From: Zygophlyctis sp. KS116
Lineage: Eukaryota; Fungi; Chytridiomycota
NCBI GenBank assembly: GCA_054661495.1
Contig: BAAFSQ010000048.1
Span: 21,204 to 53,203, forward strand
Reading direction: 5' to 3'
DNA: 32,000 nucleotides
Both the position numbers and the translations under genes were made by a program. The notes under the pieces were generated by a model that was given only the letters and a program-made list of their open reading frames with translations, was not told the origin of the DNA and searched no databases. This document shows, piece by piece, positions 22,423 to 32,000 of the stretch (position 1 is its first letter; the number at the start of each line of letters is the position of its first letter).

Positions 22423-23050
22423 CTAAAAAATGAATACTGAAGCCAAATAAAGTGGAATCAGTAAACTAAGAGATACAGATTGTACACCACCATTTGCTTG
22501 TTTCGAAGAATTCTTGCACTGATTTGTAAAATCATTCACGAATGGATCTAGCTGATTCATCATTCCAGTTTTACAAGTTGTGATTTTTTTACGACTTTAT
22601 ATTAATTTTAAAGATAAATACCAATCATCAAATGCAGAATAGTTTGGACATGCACAATCCAATGAAGATTTCGAGTAGGTAGTTAATGAGAGATTGAATT
22701 TACATGGCTTAAAGAGTATGTTATCAGCACAAGTAAACAAATCTTTCTGACAGGGCAAATTCATACAGGAACTATGTAAATTTGGCACCACCAAGGAATT
22801 ATTGCATCGTGGAGCTTTGATTATACTAGAATTAAAAAAAAAATATATATTACCAATCATCAAGTGTTTTTTGAGCTGTACATGCACAATCAAGTCCCTG
22901 AATTGATTTAGAAACATCACCTTCTTTAGGAGCAGGAGATAGACAAGAATTTAGAATTTTATCGAAATCTGTATAGCAAGTAGTACAAACTTGTGACTGG
23001 GCGTATGCTTGAGATATAAGAAATACTGGGACAAATAAAACAGAAATCAT
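22423..23050 (-). CDS. Cys-rich secreted/putative GPI-anchored protein, copy 3
   Basis: MISVLFVPVFLISQAYAQ; LPCQKDLFTC...KPC...LDCAC; tail SLSLLIPLYLASVFIF. Confidence 0.82.
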
Positions 23051-23283
23051 TTATTTAAAAATAGTTTAAAAATAGACGCATGCGGCATTCTGAAACGCCA
23101 GACAAGTTCTAACCTTAGTTAAACCTTTAGTTAAACTATGGGGTAAACTATGGGGTAAACCTAGACATTCTAAACTCTTTCAGCTAATTCATATAGTAGG
23201 GCTCATTGTAGTATGAATAATTTTTAGGTGGCGTGAATTTCCTCTTGGGTCGAGGGTAATATTCAAGTTTTTTTTCTCAAGAA

Positions 23284-23672
23284 ATGGCGTCGCAAAGATC
23301 AAAGTCTAGAAAAGCACATTTTACAGCTCCTTCTAATGTCAGAAGAAAGATCATGTCTTCTCCTCTCTCAAAGGAACTCAGAGAAAAGTACAAGGTCAGA
23401 TCTATTCCTATTAGAAAAGAAGATGTTGTACAAGTCACTCGTGGTCTTCACAAGGGAAAAGAAGCAAAAGTAGTAACTGTTTACCGAAAGAAATATGTTA
23501 TTTACTTGGAAAAATTAACTAGAGAAAAGGCTAATGGTAATTTATTTTATTTTTTTTAATTTTTTTAGGATCTTCTGTCCCTGTTCCTATTCATCCTTCT
23601 AATGTTGTTGTTACAACTCTTAAACTAGACAAGGATCGTAAAAATCTCTTGGAAAGAAAAGTAAAAAAATAA
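23284..23672 (+). CDS. RPL26: 60S ribosomal protein L26 (uL24)
   Basis: RKAHFTAPS...[11 protein letters not shown]...; an intron near 23537-23568, then [25 protein letters not shown]. Confidence 0.96.
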
Positions 23673-24251
23673 CTAGGATTGATTTAATACAAACTTCTTT
23701 TCTACTCTTCTCTCTAGTCCATGATCATCTTCAAAGAGAAGAATATAGTTTAAAGGTTCTATTCTAGAAACTGTAGCATTGTAAAAACAAGATGATCCAG
23801 GAAATAGAGCTAATACTTGAGATCCAATAGTAAATTCTATAGGTTCTGATGATAATTTTATAATATCTATAGGATCTGAAATGTATTCCTTTGAGTCTTC
23901 AGCATCAATTATAGAATATTTTTGTAAATTTGGTAAATATTTTCCAACAATTGCCAAAATCCATACTTTTTCGTGTTTTACTATAACTGAATCTCCAGAT
24001 TGTAAATCTATTTTTTTTAATTTCTTATTGCTAGATTCTAGCTCTAAATTTTTTCTTTTTTTTTGAGATTCCATTGATAGAATTTGTAGAATTGCAGACT
24101 TGTGAGAGACAAGTGCTTCAATGACTCTAGGATACAGTTCTTGAATAGATTCAGTGTCTGGATTAGGAGAGTCTCTTAAAGATGAGTGAAGACTATCTAG
24201 TCTCAAGTATAAATTTCTATTTCCAGTTTTAATTTGTGATAGATTTTCCAT
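23673..24251 (-). CDS. SGF29: SAGA subunit Sgf29 (tandem Tudor)
   Basis: WILAIV...YSIIDAE...VLALFPGSSCFYNATV...YILLFEDD. Confidence 0.8.
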   Translation of the reverse strand: MENLSQIKTGNRNLYLRLDSLHSSLRDSPNPDTESIQELYPRVIEALVSHKSAILQILSMESQKKRKNLELESSNKKLKKIDLQSGDSVIVKHEKVWILAIVGKYLPNLQKYSIIDAEDSKEYISDPIDIIKLSSEPIEFTIGSQVLALFPGSSCFYNATVSRIEPLNYILLFEDDHGLERRVEKKFVLNQS

Positions 24252-24379
24252 TGATTACAGAGAGACTACAAATAGCACTAGAAATTGACTAGTGCAATGG
24301 ATTTTTATAATGTTATTAAATTCTAATAACATGTGGAATTATATGCATATAAGAGTTTTATTAGGTCTGAGGGTTTAGC

Positions 24380-26298
24380 ATGGAAAGCAAAGGGCAAATT
24401 GTGCAAGAGTTGGTACTTGCTGCACAGAATGGGAATTTATCATTTATAAAAAAGGCTTATGAAGAGGATGCATTGGTTTTATCAAGTGTTGATAATGATA
24501 ATTGTAGTTTATTGCATTGGGCAGCAATTGTATTTTAAAGTTTTAATAGGTTTTAGAATAATCACTTGTCAATTGTGCAATTCTTGCTAGATAATGGGGT
24601 TGAGCCGGATGTTGTCGGTGGGAGTTTGAATGCGACGCCGTTACAATGGAGTGCAAGGTTTGAATTTCTTGATAATGGGTAGAGAAGGACATTTGCAGAT
24701 TGTAGATGTTTTAGTTGATTATGGGGCTAATATACATTTTTTTGATTCTCAAGGGTATAATTCACTGCATTTGGCGGTTCATGGAAAACAATCAAATATG
24801 TTGCTATTGCTTTTAGCTCTGAATGGGAATATAGATTCTAGGGATTCTTTTGGAAGGACTCCGTTAATGTGGGCAGCTTACTCGGATGGTCATGATGATT
24901 TGATTACAGTATTGTTGGGTTGGGGTGCAAATACTGATTTAAGAGATGTTACTGGATATACGGCTCTTCATTGGGCGGTTGTTTCTTCAAATTTTTATCA
25001 TGGTAAACGGCTCATAGAAGCAAATGCAAATCAAGATATTCTAGATGAGAAAAATAAAACTGCTAGAGATTGGGCGGTTGAAAGGAAATGGACAAGGCAG
25101 TATGATGAAATGATTGTTTCTACTAAAGCAAGTTGGTTTACAAAGAAACAGGGAGATTTGATAATGTATGGGATTCCAATGGTTGTACTTCCAGTTTACT
25201 TTTATATTTTTGCATACAAATCGATATATTTTTCACTGCCAGTTATACTAGTGTCGGGATTCGCTATAAGTAGATTTATAGAGATCATATTAGCAAATAA
25301 GGATTCAATGAAACTTATGAATAGTCCAATAATGGCTTCAGTTTTACAATCATCAATGCTTTGGGCATTTGTAAAGTGGGTTTGGATTTTTACATGTATT
25401 TAAAGATTTTCTAATTTATAGACACGCCATATCTAATATTTTGGCATAGTTTTTTTCTTATTGTATTTATTGTTTGTGTGTATACGCTTTATAAGGTTAT
25501 AAATACTGATCCTGGGTTTATTCCTAAAGAAAATGATGCAGGTATTCGTTCAGAGGTATTTTGAAAGTTTTATTAAAAATTAGGAGATTCTTTGTTTAGT
25601 TCGTTCTGGAAAACTCTCTTCTAGAACATATTGCATAACATGTTTATCAAGGAAACCAATTCGTAGTAAACATTGTAAACTGTGTAATAAATGTGTAGCT
25701 AGATTCGATCATCATTGTCCTTGGGTATATAATGTAAGAACTTTTTAATTGCTTATCAATAGTGTGTCGGTGCTGGTAATCACAAGTATTTTGTTCTATT
25801 TCTTGCTGCGATTACAGCTGAATCTGTGGCCACTTTTCAAATTTTTTCAGCTTGTATTTTATTTAATTGATTTTAATTGACATAGATATGTATATGGAAG
25901 CACCCAAGAATATTTCCATTAATCCAGACTGTATGCTTTTGACTAGACTTTGTGAATTTTTTGAATTTGATGGATGGGCAATCGTTATTATGCTCTGGAC
26001 AAGTTTTGCAGGATTTTTAACATTCTTTTTATTAGTATCACACATATACATGATTGCTACTAATATGACGACAAACGAAATGTCTAATTTCTGGAGATAT
26101 GACTATCTTGTTCGTGATGGCGATATGACTAAACCTTCTTATAATCGAGAATTCTTTAATCCATTTGATTATGGACCTTTGGATAATATATATACCTTTT
26201 GGAATGAATCAAAAAATATTTGGATAGATATGATGGAAGTGCCGGAAAGACGCCAAAAGTCATTGTGGGTCAAGGATAAAGAGTATAGTATTGTTTAA
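24380..26298 (+). CDS. AKR1: Ankyrin-repeat DHHC palmitoyltransferase Akr1/ZDHHC17
   Basis: Ankyrin repeats (TPLQWSA, TPLMWAA, TALHWA), then [24 protein letters not shown] and TTNE; six short introns. Confidence 0.94.
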
Positions 26299-26379
26299 GT
26301 TTTGCTTTATAGAGCTTGGCCTAGATAATAAACTATTTTATAAAGCAGAGTAGACTAAAGATGTTTATTATTGAATTTT

Positions 26380-27408
26380 TCAAACTTTGGAAATATTAGA
26401 ACTTCCAACCAAGATTGATCTTATCGGAGCCTTTAAATTGACCTTTGGTTGAGCTGAAGATGGCAGAGAAATACTAACTTTCTTATTGAAAAGCTTGACT
26501 TGCTTGATTGAAGATGACCACTTTACAGACTTTTTCTCTGAAATTTTCTCTAAAATCTTGCTCTTCTTCAAGTCTTGTTTAACAGTATCTTTTCCCATTG
26601 ATTTTCTTTTTTTTAAAATCTTTAATTTTCTTTGAGTTTCTTTGCATTCAAAAATCAATTTTCCCTTTAAAACCAAATCTTTTAAACTTTTTGCATCCAA
26701 GACTTTAGTTTCAGTAGAAATTTTTTCTAAATTTTGCAAAATAAGTTGCAGTTCAAACTTTGCTACAAATTTTAAAAAATTTGAAATATACCTTTGAATA
26801 TCTTTTCAAAAACTTCCAATAGTCTATTATATAGTACAAGATCTTTTGTAGAAAACATCCCATAATACATTTCAATCCATGCTACATCATAATTTTCAAC
26901 ATGAATCATTTCTTCAACAAATGCTTCTGTACTATGATAAAGTAACCCTAGAGGTAGCTTTGGGTTTGAGTTGTCAAAGAATCCTTGTCTTAAAAGACTA
27001 GAGAAACCTGAAACTAACCCTGGTTCTTTTGCAGAAATAGTTAGTATTTCCTTAAAAATTTGTCTAGAGAGAGAATAAAACTTGTCTAGTCTTCTAGAAT
27101 CTATTCCATTCCATTCTCTTGCCAAAGTTTGAAAATAACCTTTTAAAAATGCAAAAATTTTGAGAGAATCCTTTAATTTCCAAATCAATTTAGAAATTTT
27201 TTTAGCCAATTCCAATTGAATTTTAGACTTGTCCGACATCCAATAACCTATTACAGTTTAAAATATAAAAATTACAATAATATAATCCTTTCCACAACTT
27301 TAACCACTCCAACTCTTGTAAATCATTTGTAGAGATATAATTAGCCAATGCTTCTAGTGCTTGATCTCTAACCTTTTTGTCTGCATGAGCCAATAAACTC
27401 CCAAACAT
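26380..27408 (-). CDS. RRP1: Rrp1/Nop52 rRNA processing protein
   Basis: KLWKGLYYCYWMSDK and REWNGIDSRRLDKFYSL; two introns. Confidence 0.9.
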
Positions 27409-27440
27409 TTTTCAATACACTAACCCTTGTCATTTAAAAA

Positions 27441-27995
27441 ATGTCGTTTTATGGCACAGAGTCTGATGTTGTCCGTAAAAGATTTACTCCTCAGAGTACT
27501 ACAAGTACAACAACAACTACTCAAAGTACTAGACAAGAAGTAAAATTAGCCTCTGAAAAAAGAGAATTACTAGACTTGAAAACTCAAGTTAATACTGTAA
27601 AAGTTGTAGATTCCACAGAAAATTCAGGATTTTATTGTTCTGCTTGTAAAATTACACTTAAAGACTCTTCTTCTTATTTGGATCATGTTAATTCTAGAGC
27701 ACATGCTAGGAATTTAGGACTAGAAATGAGAGTAGAAAAGGCAACTTTAGAAAAAGTACAAGCTAGAATTGAATATCATAAAAAGAAACTAAAAGAACCA
27801 AGAAAAGAGTCTACAGAAATCATTCAAGAAAAGAGAAAATTACAAGTAGAATTAGATTTACAAAAGAAACAAGAGAGAAAAAGTAGAAAACTTAAGAGTC
27901 TTGTCAAGAGTCTTCCTAAGAGTGAAGAGGAAGTTACTCTCGATCCACTCCTAATAATAATGGGATTCTCAGATTTCAATTCTTCAAAGAAATAA
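27441..27995 (+). CDS. SNU23: Snu23/ZMAT2 U1-type zinc-finger splicing factor
   Basis: GFYCSACKITLKDSSSYLDHVNSRAH...MRVEKATL; C-terminal MGFSDF. Confidence 0.9.
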   Translation: MSFYGTESDVVRKRFTPQSTTSTTTTTQSTRQEVKLASEKRELLDLKTQVNTVKVVDSTENSGFYCSACKITLKDSSSYLDHVNSRAHARNLGLEMRVEKATLEKVQARIEYHKKKLKEPRKESTEIIQEKRKLQVELDLQKKQERKSRKLKSLVKSLPKSEEEVTLDPLLIIMGFSDFNSSKK

Positions 27996-28007
27996 TTCTT
28001 TTTTATT

Positions 28008-28364
28008 TTAAATTCTAGATGGATAAAGCATCTATAATATTTAAACAAAAAAACTTACAATACGAACAGCAGATCCAAAAGATTTTGGTGGTAGATTAGA
28101 AGTGAATTTAGCTCTAACAGCTCCAGAATTTCCATGCGTTCTAGTAATACGACCCCAAATAGCTCTAGTTTTAGATCCCTTGATTGCTCTCTTGGCAGAA
28201 TAAACATACGCCACTCTTTTTCCTAGATAGAATTCTGCATCAGATGGAACTCGAACTCCTTCAATCTGCAAGAGAGATGTGTTTTCATTTACATTTCTCT
28301 TTGCTCTCTGAAAACCAGTAATGACTCCTTTAGCATAGAGACGATGTGGTCGAGTTTCTGTCAT
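28008..28364 (-). CDS. RPL33: 60S ribosomal protein L33/L35a (eL33)
   Basis: RLYAKG...[11 protein letters not shown]...[11 protein letters not shown]; intron 28032-28058, then MLYPSRI. Confidence 0.97.
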
Positions 28365-28467
28365 TTTTTTAACGTTGACCTAGGACTAGTAAAATTACAG
28401 AATTCCGCAGGCATCCAACCTACTTTGAATTACTGCAAAAGACCTAGAAGTAAGACCTACTGACAAG

Positions 28468-29534
28468 ATGAGTTTAACGAATAATCTAGTGTTGGACACT
28501 CTAGGGGCAAGAGGTTTAGACTCTTCAGTCTACAATTATAAACAGCTTGAAAGATTGGGGGAGGGGACGTATGGTGTGGTGTACAAGGCTACAGAGAATA
28601 ATGTTGATTTTGTTGCATTAAAGAAATTAAGAATTGATTCGGAGGATTCGGACGGGTTTCCTCTTTCAGCTCAAAGAGAAATTTCTATACTTGGCAGATT
28701 GGATCATGAGAATATTGTAAAGGTTTTAAAAGTAGTCGTTGGAAGAAAATTAACAGATGTTTTTCTGGTTATGGAATATTGTCATTATGATTTGGCTTAT
28801 TTAATGGATAATGTAATCTCTAAAAAAGGTTATTCTATTCCACAAGTAAAATGTTTAATGATTCAATTATTGCAAGGGATTTATTATTTACATTCAAAGT
28901 ATATTATACATCGTGATTTGAAATTATCAAACTTGTTATTGACAAGTGATGGGATTCTAAAAATTGGTATTTTTTTTTAAATTTAGAATTAGCTGATTTT
29001 GGTTTAGCAAGGCATTATGCAAAGCCTTTTACTAAAATGACTCCAAATGTGGTTACATTATGGTATAGAGCTCCAGAACTAATACTGGGAGCAGATGAAT
29101 ATTCTACTGCTGTAGATATATGGTCGGCAGGATGTATTTTTGGAGAATTTTTACAATCTAATCCTTTATTACCAGGTGAAACGGAATCTCATCAACTTTT
29201 ACTCATTCATGATCTTTTAGGATCTCCAAATCAAAAAGTATGGGCTGAAATGTCTAATCTACCATTTGCACATTTATTTTCTTTTAAAGAAAAGACTCAG
29301 GATTTAGACAAGAGATTTTCATTCTGTTCAGATGCTGGTATAAGATTAATAACTAGACTTTTAAGATGGTGTCCTGAATATAGGCCAACAGCTTTAGATG
29401 CTTTAGAATCATCATTTTTAAGGGAATCTCCAAAGGCTTGTTCACCGATTTTACTTTGTACTCCCTCGACAACAATTCAAAGGAATGATTCTGAAATTAA
29501 TAGAGGAAAGAGACCAAGAGTAGAAAAAATTTAA
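28468..29534 (+). CDS. CDK10/CDK11-family cyclin-dependent kinase
   Basis: GEGTYGVV, GFPLSAQRE, HRDLKLSNLL, intron 28967-28992 before DFG, MTPNVVTLWYRAPEL. Confidence 0.9.
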
Positions 29535-29613
29535 AATCCGTGGGGGCGGAGATTGAAGAATTCGCGTCAGATTGCATGGGACTACTATTCGGCCGGTTGT
29601 TTAATAGCGCGAA

Positions 29614-31769
29614 ATGGAGTTTAGAAGACGTGACCGTTTAGCTTCCATTGTCCATGAGGCTTCTCAAATGGATTTAAGGGATTTTGATAGGCCAGACTGG
29701 AACACATTTTACATTCCTGAAAATACTTCATTAAAAACATCTATAAAGAAAATCCTCTTGGATTTTTTCTTTAGTCCACTAATAAATCAGTTTTCAGACT
29801 ACTCTTGGTCAGATTTCACCCTTGATTTCTTGGCGGCAATCACAAATGTCTGTACAATTATTCCTTCGGCAATTTCATACGCATCAACTCTTGCATTCGC
29901 CTCTAATAGGGCAGGACTAGCCAGCTGTGCTATTCCTCCAATTATATATACATTTTTTGGAACATCTAGGCATTTAAGCATTGGACCATCTGTTTTAACA
30001 TCCATCATTACTGGATCAATTGTTCAAAACACAATGAGAGACTTTAATATGAGCGCTTATATTCTTCAAGGAAATTTGTCATTTTATACAGGAATTGTTT
30101 GCATTGTATTATCCATATTCCAAGCTGGATTTCTGGATAATATCATTTCTGGATATCTTTTGTCTGGATTTATTTCATGTATTGCTATTATGCTAATTAC
30201 AAATCAAATTCCTCTAATTTTAGGAATTCCAATGCAACTTGCTGCCGATGAGCCTATATATATGAAGATCTATAATATTAGTATCAACATTCTAAGCGCC
30301 AATAGCAATTCTTTAGCTTTGGGCCTTGGTTCAATCATTTTTCTTTTCTTTAGTCATTATTTCATTGCTTTTGTAAGCAGAAAAGGATATGAATGGGTTC
30401 ATAGAATTCCTATTGTATTTGTGCTTATATTGTTGACATCAATATTGTCATTTGCTTTCGATCTAAAATCACATGTAAGTGCTTTATATTTTAATTCAAG
30501 GGAATTCAACACTTAGACACCACATCTGATATGCGACTGAATGATCCTTCGTTGATATTTTTATCTCATTCGCATCATCTTGAAATGATCAAATCAGTTT
30601 TACTTCTCACTATAGTCGGCTATGTTGAAATGCAGTCTGTTTCGAGGTCTAACTCACTTCAAACTGGCCATCCTGTAAATGGTAATCGTGAGTTTTTTGC
30701 AATAGGGATGTCTAATCTTGTTAATTCTTTTTTTGGAGGATATGTTACTTTTGCTTCCACGACGAGAAGTAAGACATTGCTGATAAATGGCTCAAAAACC
30801 AAAATGGTAAATCTTATATCGGGGATTTTGTCAATTATTATAGTTTATACTCTTCATAGCGGTTTGCAATATATTCCTCGCCCTGTATTAGGCGCTATTG
30901 TAATTAAATCTGCATGTGTCTTATTCCCTGCAAAGGACATCGCATTCATCTTTAAAATTCACGCCTGGGAAGACCTCTCTCTATTTTTGATCAGCTTCTT
31001 AATAACTTTCTGCACTTCAATTTTTGAAGGGATTATATTTTCTTTGGCTATAGCTATCCTTGTGATTATCAAAAAAGTTTCGTTTGTCAGCTTATCCATT
31101 TTAGGTCGATCCAAGGATAGAACTCCAGGAGGAGCACTAGGTGTAAGTTATGTGGACATTAAAGATCACCCGAATTCTGAAATAATTGCTGGATTAATGA
31201 TTGTATCTGTAAAAGGACCCTTTCTTTTTTACAATTGTTCTTCGTTCCCATATATACTCAAGCAACTGATGAAGGCGGATGTACAGCTAAAAATTGATCT
31301 TGAGAAGGATCTGGATATAGCAGGCTCATCTCAGACGATGAATAATGTTGGATTTGATGAACCCTCGGATATTTCTGAAAATAACTTTACAATCAGATCT
31401 CATCGCCTTCTGGAACGAATAGTCCAAGAAGTTAGACGGTTGGAAAATATCGCTACAGCAAATGTCAATACCCATCCATATATACTGATCATTGATTTTT
31501 CAAAGTGTGCTGAAATAGATACATCTGCATTGCTGGTGCTTGTACACGTTATTCGCTCGGAAAAGTCTTATGAAACTAGGTAAACGTTTTTCTTTTAATA
31601 CTGAAGAGTTGTATTTACTGGCATTCATGATAATCACAGATATAAATTTTTGAAAGCATCAATTATAGATATGGTCAAAGAAGAAAATATTTTTTCCACT
31701 GTTGATGAGGCTATAGAGCGTATTCAATCTCGCAGTTTGCCTTCAACAGGCGATCTGGACATTGTATAA
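29614..31769 (+). CDS. SulP/SLC26 anion transporter with STAS domain
   Basis: FGTSRHLSIGP, NREFFAIG and STAS IIDFSKCAEIDTSAL; introns 30475-30500 and 31580-31606. Confidence 0.92.
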
Positions 31770-31779
31770 TTTATCATCT

Positions 31780-31875
31780 AGTAAATCATCTGTAATAATC
31801 CCATCAATTCTTTCTAAATTCGCCAATTTTGCATCTGCCTCATTAGATGCCGCAACAAATTCAACTCCAGTCTGT
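31780..31875 (-). pseudogene. Degenerate XPG-I (EXO1/FEN1-like) nuclease fragment
   Basis: The minus frame reads GVEFVAASNEADAKLANLERIDGIITDD, resembling the APYEADAQ...DGIITEDSD motif. No credible continuation follows. Confidence 0.5.
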
Positions 31876-32000
31876 CAAAAAACATCATTTTATTTTGTAG
31901 AAATGCAAGATCTCTTTCTATAGTGCATTGGACCCCAAATCTTTTGGCCCATTCTAGACATAATACCAAAACTCATTATCAATGTCAATGATCAAAAATC

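Noticed and set aside
122-30008. Antisense or shifted short ORFs (e.g. 122-415, 5723-6019, 8163-8405, 10718-11014, 13584-13802, 18512-18760, 27824-28048, 29799-30008)
   Set aside because: Shadows of real genes, or no recognisable features.
1-32000. Genome-wide alternative genetic code (UGA=Trp or UAR=Gln)
   Set aside because: Genes end in TAA/TAG and Trp is TGG in the other genes read; only one in-frame TGA was seen in a host gene.

Overview
AT-rich, extremely compact eukaryotic nuclear DNA. It is most likely from a zoosporic (chytrid-like) fungus; this is inferred from fungal-type housekeeping genes, a class II DAHP synthase and ciliary genes (FAM161, two ARMC3 paralogues, a CDK10-like kinase). 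Genes are split by ultra-short GT-AG introns (mostly 23-35 nt) and are often only 0-80 bp apart. Recognisable genes: YIP1, kexin, RPN7, FAM161, ARMC3 x2, eIF2B-delta, DAHP synthase II, SmG, RPL26, SGF29, AKR1, RRP1, SNU23, RPL33, CDK10-like and a SulP transporter. Two accessory zones stand out. (1) About 700-4340 is a mosaic of intron-retaining gene fragments (LST8 lacking its N-terminus and middle, ZC3H3-like CCCH fingers, a middle piece of allantoicase, an orphan ORF). It is centred on a GC-richer segment encoding a C2H2 finger plus coiled coil, which can splice in frame onto the CCCH fingers and has a 19-unit TGACA repeat array upstream. (2) About 18750-23050 holds three paralogues of a two-module cysteine-rich secreted/GPI-type protein that share a conserved downstream motif, interrupted by a decayed Ty1/copia element with a 117-bp LTR. 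RPN7 has an in-frame TGA at a conserved Trp. All exon models were read by eye and need RNA confirmation.
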